DNA from: an uncultured Actinomycetota bacterium
Lineage (GTDB): Bacteria; Actinomycetota; Actinomycetes; JAHEKZ01
DNA: 64,000 nt
Direction of reading: 5' to 3'
NCBI GenBank assembly: GCA_963829525.1
Contig: CAWHIJ010000003.1
Coordinates: forward strand, 1,120,001 to 1,184,000
Part shown: positions 56,273-64,000 of the stretch, in pieces
Numbering within the stretch: the stretch's first letter is position 1
Layout: the number at the start of each line of letters is the position of its first letter
Notes under the pieces: generated by a model
What the model saw: only the letters and a program-made list of their open reading frames with translations
The model's database searches: none
Told to the model about the DNA's origin: nothing
Program-made: the position numbers and the translations under genes

Positions 56273-57658
56273 TCAGCTAGGCAGCTGAGCCAGGAGGCCT
56301 TCGTACGCCGGGAACAGCGCTTCACTCACTGCTGGGAACGGCTGGATCGTGTCGACGAGCGTGGCGACCGAAACTTCCGCTCGTATGGCGAGAGTCACCT
56401 GCGCGATCCACTCGTCGGCTCGCGGGCCAATGGCGGAAGCGCCTATCAACGTGCCCCGTTCAGCGTCCGCGGTGAGCACGACCACACCCCCCTGCGACTC
56501 GAGCCATCCACGAGCCGTCGCTCCGACGTCCACGGAGGCTTGGATGACGGAGCGGCCCTTCTCGCGCGCCTGGCTCGCCGACATCCCCACGCCGGCAACG
56601 GGTGGATCGATGAACACCCCACGCGGCACGGCATCCAAGTGCATGTGGGAAGACTGCCCGAGCACGTTCGCGGCAACGACTCGTCCGGCGTAGTTAGCGG
56701 TGTGGGTGAAGGGAAACCGGCCCGTCACATCGCCAGCGGCAAACACGTTGCGGTGACCCACGACACGAGCATCGTCTCCGGTGGGGATAGCCCCCGATGA
56801 GACATCGATTCGGAGGTTCTCGATGCCGTAACCCGTAAGGCGAGGGCGCCGGCCGGTGGCCACAAGCAGGCGGTCGGCCGTCAGCGTTGTTCCGTCTTCG
56901 AGGTGGAGGGTGCTCTGCGGCCCCTGCCTGGTTGCGCATGCCACGCCTACGCCGACGCTGACGACGACCCCGGTCTCGGCCAGGACGCCGGTAACTGCCG
57001 CCGACACCTGCGGTTCCTCCAGCGCGAGCAGGCGGTCCAACGCCTCGACGATGGTGACCCGTACGCCGAACGTCGAGTAGACCTGGGCGAGCTCGACCCC
57101 AATCGCACCACCTCCAAGTATGAGCAGAGACTGTGGCAGTTCATCGCTCGTCAGGGCATCTTCGCTGGTCCACGGTTGGATCTCCGCCAGACCAGGGATG
57201 GGGGGTACCACGGCGTCAGCGCCAACGCTGATCAGGAGGTTTTCGTAGTGGAGTTCTTGGTCGCCGACCGACACGAGGCCGGGGGAGACGATGTGGCCTT
57301 CACCGCGGACGATTTCGACACCCACGGCCTTCAGGTCTTCTGCTGTCTCCGCGTCGTCGAGGTGCTTGACGCGCTCATCTCGTAGCCGCGCGGCCTGACG
57401 CCATGCGACAACTGGGTCGCCGAGGTCAAGAGCTGCACCGATCGCTCCTAGCTCGTGTGCCGCGCCCGCCTGCCGGCGGCGCGAGGCGGCGATCAGCAGC
57501 GCCTTGCTCGGCACACAACCCCAGTAGGGACACTCTCCGCCGACCAGCCGGGACTCGACGAGCGCAACCGTGCGTCCCGCGGATGCGACACGGGCCGCTG
57601 CCGTCTCGCCTGCTGAACCGCCCCCCAGCACGATCAGGGCGTATGGCGGTCGGGCTAT
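56273..57658 (-). CDS. Pyridine nucleotide-disulfide oxidoreductase (Lpd/MerA-like); start codon reads ATA
   Basis: GGGSAG, GGECPYWGCVPSK, GGGAIGVE, ATGRRP, FAAGDVTG, PFPAVSE. Confidence 0.88.
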   Translation of the reverse strand: MARPPYALIVLGGGSAGETAAARVASAGRTVALVESRLVGGECPYWGCVPSKALLIAASRRRQAGAAHELGAIGAALDLGDPVVAWRQAARLRDERVKHLDDAETAEDLKAVGVEIVRGEGHIVSPGLVSVGDQELHYENLLISVGADAVVPPIPGLAEIQPWTSEDALTSDELPQSLLILGGGAIGVELAQVYSTFGVRVTIVEALDRLLALEEPQVSAAVTGVLAETGVVVSVGVGVACATRQGPQSTLHLEDGTTLTADRLLVATGRRPRLTGYGIENLRIDVSSGAIPTGDDARVVGHRNVFAAGDVTGRFPFTHTANYAGRVVAANVLGQSSHMHLDAVPRGVFIDPPVAGVGMSASQAREKGRSVIQASVDVGATARGWLESQGGVVVLTADAERGTLIGASAIGPRADEWIAQVTLAIRAEVSVATLVDTIQPFPAVSEALFPAYEGLLAQLPS

Positions 57659-57843
57659 GCCACACCTCGAACGTCGGCCTCGATCTGGCTTGCGACGTCG
57701 AAGGCCTCGATGCAGGCGGCACCGCAGGTGGTGCAGGCCCACTCGCGAGGGGTCTGATCTGCGCCTCCGACAACCACCTCGAAGAGAGAATCCTTGCGGC
57801 AGTCGTGGCACCAGAACACGACCACCTCGGCACTTTCGAGCAT
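57655..57843 (-). CDS. Small zinc-ribbon/rubredoxin-like protein (62 aa)
   Basis: SD AAGGAGG; WCHDC...WACTTCG; overlaps the oxidoreductase start. Confidence 0.75.
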   Translation of the reverse strand: MLESAEVVVFWCHDCRKDSLFEVVVGGADQTPREWACTTCGAACIEAFDVASQIEADVRGVA

Positions 57844-58032
57844 GGCTGGGCCTCCTTGCGACGTCTCTGACTGGAACACGTCCCACGCTGGCACGAGGGT
57901 CTGACAGGTCCTGGGATATGGCCCGGTGTGTCGCGCGAGAAAAAAGGGTAAGACCCCCGAAATGGACCGATTTTGGTTGCAGTAGGCCATCATGGGATGG
58001 CTGCCGCCCAACCCCACACCTGGGAGCACCCG

Positions 58033-58977
58033 ATGCAGACTGTCTGGAAAGGCTCTATTGCCTTCGGCATGGTCTCGATCCCCGTTCGGCTTGTCTCGGC
58101 TACTGAGGAAAAGGACGTCTCCCTCCGGCAGGTTCATGAGACAGATGGCGGGCGCATCAAGTACAAGCGCTTCTGCTCGGTGGACGGCGAAGAAGTTCCG
58201 TACGGACAGATCGCCAAGGGCTACGAGCTCGAGGACGAGAACATGGTGGTCCTCACCGACAAGGACCTGGCGAATCTGCCTATCGCGTCAACAAAGTCGG
58301 TCGAGGTGGTCAGCTTTGCTGACCAGGACGAGATCAACCCGGTCTCCTTGTCCAAGGCGTACTACGCCGAGCCAACAGGAGACGCCAAACCGTACGTGTT
58401 GCTGCACGACTCGCTGGTCGCCACCGGCAAGGTGGCGATCGTCAAGCTGGCTCTCCGCCAGCGCGAGCGTCTCGCGACCATCCGTGCGCAGGACGGTCTG
58501 CTGGTCGTCCAGACGATGCTGTGGCCTGACGAAGTGCGCAAGGCGCACTTCCCTTTCATGACTGAAGAGGTTGACGTGCGGCCCCAAGAGCTGGATATGG
58601 CGTCGATGTTCGTCAACGCCTTTGACCAGGGCTTCGACCCGAGCCAGTTCCACGACCGCTACCGGGAGGTACTCCGCGAGCTGGTAGACGCCAAGATCGC
58701 TGGGCACGAGATCTCACGGCCGACCGAGGCTGCCCCGGAGTCGAACGTGATCGACCTCATGGAGGCTCTGCGCGCCAGCGTCGCGGCAACTGAGGGCAAG
58801 CAACCTAAGAAGACACAGGTCGCCAAGACGACGACCAAAGCACCTGCGAAGAAGACTGCTGCAAAGAAGGTGGCTAAACAGGCGACGGCCAAGAAGGTGA
58901 CGAAGAAGGCACCCGCGAAGAAGACAACGGCCAAGAAGTCGACGAAGAAGACGGCGGCACGTCGCAAGAGCGCTTAA
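58033..58977 (+). CDS. ku: NHEJ Ku protein with a Lys/Ala-rich C-terminal tail
   Basis: WKGSIAFGMVSIPV, IAKGYE, DLMEALRAS, AKK repeats. Confidence 0.96.
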   Translation: MQTVWKGSIAFGMVSIPVRLVSATEEKDVSLRQVHETDGGRIKYKRFCSVDGEEVPYGQIAKGYELEDENMVVLTDKDLANLPIASTKSVEVVSFADQDEINPVSLSKAYYAEPTGDAKPYVLLHDSLVATGKVAIVKLALRQRERLATIRAQDGLLVVQTMLWPDEVRKAHFPFMTEEVDVRPQELDMASMFVNAFDQGFDPSQFHDRYREVLRELVDAKIAGHEISRPTEAAPESNVIDLMEALRASVAATEGKQPKKTQVAKTTTKAPAKKTAAKKVAKQATAKKVTKKAPAKKTTAKKSTKKTAARRKSA

Positions 58978-58980
58978 GCC

Positions 58981-59841
58981 CTACAGCAACACCGCCAGTG
59001 GATCCGGCTGGTCGAGGCGCTCAACCACGTCCGCCATGAGCAGATGACGCAGCCCTGAGTCTGAGACCTCGTCCCAACGCCGGGGCGCGGCTACGAACGG
59101 TCGGGCGCGCCCCCGAAGCGAGTAAGGCGTGATCGTGGTCTTCGAAGGGTTGTTCTGCGACCAGTCGATGAGCACCTTTCCGCCCCGCTCGGCCTTACTC
59201 ATGGACGCCGTGGCAAGGCTCGGAAATGCCTCGACGGCTGAGTCGGCGAGGGTCCGCGCGTACTCGCTGGTGCTCTGCGATTGATCCGACGCCCGCCAGC
59301 GCGCATAGATGTGGATGCCCTTGCTTCCGCTCGTGACCGGCACGCTTTGTCGACCCTCGGAATCAAGCCTTGTCTTCATCCAGAGCGCGATCTCGGCACA
59401 TTGCGCAAGGCCGGTCCGTGGTCCCGGGTCGAGGTCGAGCACCAGCCGGTCGACGCGCTGACGGCGACTGTGCCAACGCCACTGAGGAACGTGTAGCTCA
59501 AGTGCATTCTGCTGCGCAAACCAGGCGAGTGTCGCCGGTTCGTGCGCGAGGGGGTAGGTGATCGTGCCGTCGGAGTGAGTGAGGTCGAGGGTTTCGATCC
59601 AGTCGGGTGCACCCTTGGGTAGCTGTTTCTCGAAGAACTTCGGCTGGTCGACGCCCCCCGGCCATCGGATTCGCGTGACGGGACGGCGTTGTAGATGCGG
59701 CAGCATGCGCTCGGCCATGTGTACGTAGTAACCGATGACGGCTGCCTTCGTGACACCGTCATCGACGTAGACCACGCGATCAGGATGGGTGATTCGCAGC
59801 GTTCGTTTCCCGACAACCACGGATCCGGTTCTCTCATCCAT
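58981..59841 (-). CDS. ligD: LigD polymerase (primase-polymerase) domain, stand-alone
   Basis: ITHPDRV, RWPGGV, FFEKQ, LELH, DLDP, TSGSKGIH, IDWSQN, PYSLR. Confidence 0.9.
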   Translation of the reverse strand: MDERTGSVVVGKRTLRITHPDRVVYVDDGVTKAAVIGYYVHMAERMLPHLQRRPVTRIRWPGGVDQPKFFEKQLPKGAPDWIETLDLTHSDGTITYPLAHEPATLAWFAQQNALELHVPQWRWHSRRQRVDRLVLDLDPGPRTGLAQCAEIALWMKTRLDSEGRQSVPVTSGSKGIHIYARWRASDQSQSTSEYARTLADSAVEAFPSLATASMSKAERGGKVLIDWSQNNPSKTTITPYSLRGRARPFVAAPRRWDEVSDSGLRHLLMADVVERLDQPDPLAVLL

Positions 59842-60190
59842 GGCGTGATTGTCCACCCGGCGTTCGTCTAGTGCAGCGCCCCGGCGAGCAGAGCCGTCGT
59901 CCTCGGTCGGTATACGTGCGGAACCAACTCTGCTACCAAGCGTGGTTGGACCAACTCGACGGGTCCTCCGCCGTCCTGCGCCAGTGACGCGACCAACGGA
60001 AGGACCGCGTTTCTCACCACCCTCGCCAGCGCCCTTCCTGGCGCGTTTCTTGGTATGGCATTCATATTCGAGATCTACCCGAGGCATCAATCTCGAAACA
60101 TCCTCAGGAAGCAGGATTACCCCTGCCAAAACTCGGGGATAAGTGGGTCGTGGTGAGTCGCCACAATGTCATTTCTCGAGGAGAGGTTCG

Positions 60191-60385
60191 ATGGACTCAA
60201 ACGAGCGAGATGTCGACCACGAAGATGACGGACGCGATCCCGCTGACCGTCCGGAGCCATCGATGACGGCGGCCTCGGACAAGGCTGGAGCGCCCGTCGA
60301 CCGACGCGCTGCCAACGCTGGGGGCGAAATGAGTGAGACGACCCGATCTCGGGATCCTGATCTCGATGACGAGGATGGCGCTTGA
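60191..60385 (+). CDS. Small acidic, probably disordered protein
   Basis: SD GAGGAGAGG; 64 aa, Asp/Glu/Arg-rich. Confidence 0.55.
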   Translation: MDSNERDVDHEDDGRDPADRPEPSMTAASDKAGAPVDRRAANAGGEMSETTRSRDPDLDDEDGA

Positions 60386-60404
60386 CTAGCCAACCCAGAC
60401 GACA

Positions 60405-60689
60405 TCAGCCCGCTACGTCGTCCCCGGCAAGAACCTCGTCCAGGCGCTGCGCGACCTCTACGTCGCCCGGATCCCCTGCACCCGATACGGGCAGTCGGAT
60501 ATCGAGCCGCCCCCCATCCGGTATGACATCGACCTCGCGACCGGCTGACCTCGCGGTAGAACGCAGGCGCTCCTCGAGGCTCTCTGCGTCAAGGCCTGAC
60601 GCTTCGATGTCACGGCGGAAACCATCTTCGGTGGCCTGCCAGCCAGGGGGAGGCTCCGAACCCCGGGGTGTAAGTCGGTCTTCGGTCAT
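60405..60689 (-). CDS. Hypothetical acidic protein (94 aa)
   Basis: SD GAGAGGA; same strand as the upstream cluster. Confidence 0.55.
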   Translation of the reverse strand: MTEDRLTPRGSEPPPGWQATEDGFRRDIEASGLDAESLEERLRSTARSAGREVDVIPDGGRLDIRLPVSGAGDPGDVEVAQRLDEVLAGDDVAG

Positions 60690-60728
60690 GACCTAGTTCC
60701 TCTCGTGAGGTTCTTCATGGATTTTCGA

Positions 60729-60773
60729 GACGAAAGGCACGGCTGCCCTTGCGGGCGCGCCGCGCCTCCCGTC
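60729..60773 (-). terminator. Hairpin after the DUF3618 gene
   Basis: GACGGGAGGCGCGGC...GCCC-GCAA-GGGC...GCCGTGCCTTTCGTC on the minus strand. Confidence 0.55.
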
Positions 60774-60789
60774 TGGTTGCGACGTGTCT

Positions 60790-61266
60790 CTACTGGTTGG
60801 GTGCGACAGCCTCGTTGGCTTTGTCCACCAGTGGCTGCGCCTGCTCTTTGGCCCTCTCAATGAGCGGCTGCACTTGGTCAATGGCGCGATCCTCGAGCTG
60901 CGCCATCTTCTGCTTTTCACTGTTGCTCACAGGAAGAAGCCCACCGATGAGCCAGCCCACTCCGACAGCAATAGCTCCGGCAGCCAAGGGATTGCCTTGA
61001 GTCGAGGTGCGAACGCTTGAGCTCATGTCAGATCCGGTGGAACCGATGGAGTCTGGAATGCCCATGATGTTGTTGCGCATGTTGGCGAGCGAGGACTGCA
61101 CACTTGCGCGCTGGCGGGCCATGACCCGGCTCGGATTGACTCGTTCATTGAGCTCGGACACATTGCGCTGCAGGTCGCCTCGGGTGCGCTCCATGTCGGC
61201 ACGAACCTCTTCCGGGGTTCGGTCTCCAGTAGTTCTCGATTGGTCTTGCTGCGTAGCTGTCTGCAT
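60790..61266 (-). CDS. DUF3618 domain protein
   Basis: PEEVRADMERTR.DL...V..L.ERVNP and QGNPLAAGAIA.GVGWL...LLP. Confidence 0.85.
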   Translation of the reverse strand: MQTATQQDQSRTTGDRTPEEVRADMERTRGDLQRNVSELNERVNPSRVMARQRASVQSSLANMRNNIMGIPDSIGSTGSDMSSSVRTSTQGNPLAAGAIAVGVGWLIGGLLPVSNSEKQKMAQLEDRAIDQVQPLIERAKEQAQPLVDKANEAVAPNQ

Positions 61267-61694
61267 TAGATTCCTTCCTTAATGGTCTGAATGGTCTGAT
61301 GGGGCACTGGATCGATGTCCTTCATCCGGTTGCGCGCGACAGCGAACATCACTGCTGCCGTGAGAGCCCAGATAACGCCGGCGATGAGGGCAGTCCAGCC
61401 GAGGCTGATGTCCAGCCATTCGGACACTCCGAACACCAGGGCGAGGGTCAAGAACGTGGCGGCAATGTGTGCCCCCGCTCCAGCGCCACCGAACAGTCCG
61501 GCGGCCTTGCCAGCCTTGGTGGTCTCCTTCTTGAGCTCTACTGTCGCTAGCTCAAGTTCTTGCCGGACGAGCTGCGCGAGGTCCGAGGCGATGTTGCCGA
61601 CGATGCCGGCAACCCCATTTGCTCCCGACGAAGTCGAAACCCCACTGTCGGCAGTGCGCCTGTCTGTGGTCGATGTAACTACTGGCCCAGTCAT
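61266..61694 (-). CDS. Actinobacterial holin-like (phage_holin_3_6) membrane protein
   Basis: DLAQLVRQELELA..E.K.E..KAGK, two TMs, P.QTIQTIKE. Confidence 0.88.
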   Translation of the reverse strand: MTGPVVTSTTDRRTADSGVSTSSGANGVAGIVGNIASDLAQLVRQELELATVELKKETTKAGKAAGLFGGAGAGAHIAATFLTLALVFGVSEWLDISLGWTALIAGVIWALTAAVMFAVARNRMKDIDPVPHQTIQTIKEGI

Positions 61695-62197
61695 ACGGCG
61701 TACACCCCGGCGATGCCTGGGTTGCCGCCGCTCGGAGGCGTGTAGGCGCCGTTCTCTGAGCTAGCTGAACCGGTCGTTGCGAGTTCTGTCTCTTGTGACG
61801 CCGCCGCAGCGGTGCGGGTAAGGCGTCCAAGGACCCCGCCAACTACGACTGCACCAGCGAGAAAAGCTACCGGGTGACTGCGTGCGTAACCGCGTGCGTC
61901 GCTGAACAGCTGCTGGGGGTCGCGGCTCTCCACATACGACAGAACCTGGTCACCACGGTCGGCGACCTGGCCCATCAAGGATGTTGCGGGACCTTGGCTC
62001 GGTGAGCTGGTCTGCATCTCACGAAGCTCGTCGGAGAAGGAACGCAGACTCTGGGTGAACTTGTCTCGTTCGGTGGTTAAGCGGTCCGTCGCACTGGACT
62101 TGAGTTGCGTGAGGTCGAAGCTGGGTGCGGCTGCGCCAGGTGCGCTCGAGTTATCAGTCAGGTCGATGCCTGAGCTCGGATACATGGTGTCGGTCAC
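61691..62197 (-). CDS. Conserved helical stress protein (first gene of the holin/DUF3618 cluster)
   Basis: ARSHPVAFLAGAVVVGGVLGRL tail anchor; SD AGGAG; SigF-type promoter. Confidence 0.75.
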   Translation of the reverse strand: MTDTMYPSSGIDLTDNSSAPGAAAPSFDLTQLKSSATDRLTTERDKFTQSLRSFSDELREMQTSSPSQGPATSLMGQVADRGDQVLSYVESRDPQQLFSDARGYARSHPVAFLAGAVVVGGVLGRLTRTAAAASQETELATTGSASSENGAYTPPSGGNPGIAGVYAV

Positions 62198-62251
62198 GGG
62201 GAATCTCTCCTGGTAGTCGGTGGACGTTCGGTACTGCCCGATGAGTTGTCG

Positions 62252-62276
62252 TTACCCCTCGGTACCGGCTCCAAAC
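62252..62276 (-). promoter_or_regulatory. SigF/SigB-type promoter
   Basis: GTTT-N15-GGGTAA on the minus strand. Confidence 0.6.
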
Positions 62277-62350
62277 TCACGCGTGTGCTCGCCACATCCA
62301 ATGGTGAGGAGGCTCACAGGAAGATGGCACGGGCACCGACCTCAGGCACT

Positions 62351-62400
62351 CGTCAAGAACACGTCAGGATTCAGGAGCCGGCGTAAAGGGGGCATCAAGA
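62351..62400 (+). promoter_or_regulatory. Direct repeats upstream of kdp, probable KdpE sites
   Basis: CGTCAAGA, CGTCAGGA, CGTAAAGG and CATCAAGA at spacings of 11, 20 and 11. Confidence 0.55.
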
Positions 62401-62466
62401 CGGTCGCCGGGTACACGCGAGACCGCGTAGACAAGGGTCAGTGCTTCGACGACAAGGGATCTAGTC

Positions 62467-62550
62467 ATGGCGGGCCTGACCTACCTCGGCGCAACAGTCT
62501 GCCTCTTCGCTTTGATCTGGCTCACGTTGAAGGGGATCGAACGACTGTGA
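62467..62550 (+). CDS. 27-aa hydrophobic peptide upstream of kdpF
   Basis: MAGLTYLGATVCLFALIWLTLKGIERL; SD AAGGGA; GTGA overlap with kdpF. Confidence 0.7.
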   Translation: MAGLTYLGATVCLFALIWLTLKGIERL

Positions 62551-62636
62551 GCCTCGGCGAAGCCATCGGCTTGGCCGTGGCACTCCTTCTTGTTGGCTAC
62601 TTGGTGCTGGCCCTGCTCTTTCCGGAGCGCTTCTGA
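62547..62636 (+). CDS. kdpF: K+-transporting ATPase subunit F
   Basis: GYLVLALLFPERF; stop codon overlaps the kdpA ATG. Confidence 0.9.
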   Translation: MSLGEAIGLAVALLLVGYLVLALLFPERF

Positions 62637-64000
62637 TGTCCAGCACCACGCCATTTCTGCTTACCGTGAGCGTGCTGGCCCTGGCCCTTGGCTTGAGCTA
62701 TCGGCCTTTTGGCGACTACCTGGCGCGCATATACACCTCAAGTCGCCACCTCCCAGTCGAGCGCTCGGTCTACCGCATCATCGGCGTCGATCCGGATGCG
62801 GACCAGCGCTGGCCGGTCTATGCGCGGTGCCTCGTGGCTTTCTCCTTGGTCTCGGTCCTCTTCGTCTTCCTGCTCCAGCGGGTTCAGCAGTGGCTCCCCT
62901 TCTCGAACGACTTCCCGCCGATCCCGTCTGATCAGGCGTTCAACACTGCGATCTCGTTTGTCACCAACACAAACTGGCAGTCGTACTCGGGTGAGTCGGC
63001 AATGGGCTACCTGGTCCAGGCCAGCGGGTTGGCCGTGCAGAACTTCCTCAGCGCAGCAGTCGGGATGGCGGTCGCCGTCGCGCTGATCAGGGGGTTGTCC
63101 CGTCAGGACACCGAGCGACTGGGCAACTTCTGGACCGACCTCGTGCGAACGGTCTTCCGGGTGCTGCTCCCGGTGGCATTCGTCGCTGCAGTCGTTCTGC
63201 TGGCCGGTGGGGTGGTGCAGAACCTGCACGCGCCGGACACGATCACCACATTGGCTGGGCAGACTCAGACTGTGCCCGGCGGGCTGGTCGCCTCGCAGGA
63301 GGCGATCAAGGAGTTCGGCACGAATGGTGGAGGCTTCTACAACGCGAACTCTGCACACCCATTCGAGAATCCCAATCCTGTCACCAACCTGATCGAGATC
63401 TACCTCCTCCTGTTGATCCCGTTCAGCTTGACCCGTGCTTTCGGGCGCATGGTCGGCAGCCTGCGCCACGGTTACGCGCTGCTCGCGGCGATGATGGTGC
63501 TCTTCATCGGCTCGCTGGTCCTCACCGCTTGGGCTGAGGCAGCGCATGGTGGGGTGGCCTTGCAGTCGGCAGGGGCGGCCATGGAAGGCAAGGAGACGCG
63601 CTTCGGGGTCCTCTCGTCTGCGCTGTTCGGTGTGTCCACCACGATGACGTCTACCGGTGCGGTCAACTCTTTCCACTCCTCGTACACGCCGTTCGGCGGC
63701 GGCATGGTGACCTTTGACATGCTGCTAGGGGAGATCAGCCCAGGCGGCGTCGGCAGCGGGCTCTACGGGATGCTTGTGATTGCCATCCTCACGGTCTTCA
63801 TTGCGGGCTTGATGGTCGGACGGACGCCGGAGTATCTCGGCAAGAAGATTGGTCCGCGCGAGATGAAACTGGTCTCCCTCTACATCCTGACCGTGCCACT
63901 GCTCGTGCTCCTCGGCACCGGGCTGGCCATGGCTCTGCCCCAAGCACGAGATTCCCTCCTCAATGGTGGGCCACACGGGCTTACCGAAGTGCTCTATGCC
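62636..64000 (+). CDS. kdpA: K+-transporting ATPase subunit A (runs off the window)
   Basis: AFNTAISFVTNTNWQSYSGE, GTNGGGFYNANSAHPFENP, EGKETRFG, MVGRTPEYLGKKI. Confidence 0.96.
   Translation, partial: MSSTTPFLLTVSVLALALGLSYRPFGDYLARIYTSSRHLPVERSVYRIIGVDPDADQRWPVYARCLVAFSLVSVLFVFLLQRVQQWLPFSNDFPPIPSDQAFNTAISFVTNTNWQSYSGESAMGYLVQASGLAVQNFLSAAVGMAVAVALIRGLSRQDTERLGNFWTDLVRTVFRVLLPVAFVAAVVLLAGGVVQNLHAPDTITTLAGQTQTVPGGLVASQEAIKEFGTNGGGFYNANSAHPFENPNPVTNLIEIYLLLLIPFSLTRAFGRMVGSLRHGYALLAAMMVLFIGSLVLTAWAEAAHGGVALQSAGAAMEGKETRFGVLSSALFGVSTTMTSTGAVNSFHSSYTPFGGGMVTFDMLLGEISPGGVGSGLYGMLVIAILTVFIAGLMVGRTPEYLGKKIGPREMKLVSLYILTVPLLVLLGTGLAMALPQARDSLLNGGPHGLTEVLYA

Noticed and set aside
58795-58975. AAGAAG-rich repeats suggestive of an array
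   Set aside because: They encode the Lys/Ala-rich Ku tail; there is no repeat-spacer structure, so not CRISPR.
59868-60065. 65-aa ORF with VQPRLVAE, faintly like a ligase OB-domain motif
   Set aside because: The match is too short and the rest is unrecognisable; cannot be supported without a search.
60693-60920. Possible frameshifted extension of the DUF3618 gene
   Set aside because: A terminator-like hairpin follows the stop at 60790, so the gene appears complete.
61266-61694. Holin-like gene as a prophage marker
   Set aside because: No integrase, endolysin or structural genes; this family is usually chromosomal in actinobacteria.

Overview
High-GC actinobacterial chromosomal segment that reads as a mosaic stress/dormancy region. 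It holds a complete but streamlined V/A-type ATPase operon ending in a universal stress protein (13.6-21.8 kb) and a group 3b (sulfhydrogenase-type) NiFe hydrogenase operon with an embedded stand-alone cNMP-binding gene, facing hypFCDE across a Phd/RelE toxin-antitoxin module (32.4-42.8 kb). It also holds split NHEJ genes (Ku, LigD polymerase, stand-alone ligase), many general-stress genes preceded by SigF/SigB-type GTTT-N15/16-GGGTA promoters, a P1B ATPase, ABC transporters and the start of the kdp operon. Three genes are frameshifted (possibly sequencing errors) and at least two deletion scars are visible. A candidate structured RNA carrying a 12-codon ORF lies at about 965-1145 on the minus strand. 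No rRNA, tRNA, CRISPR array or transposase was recognised. All family calls come from motif recognition by eye, not from database searches.
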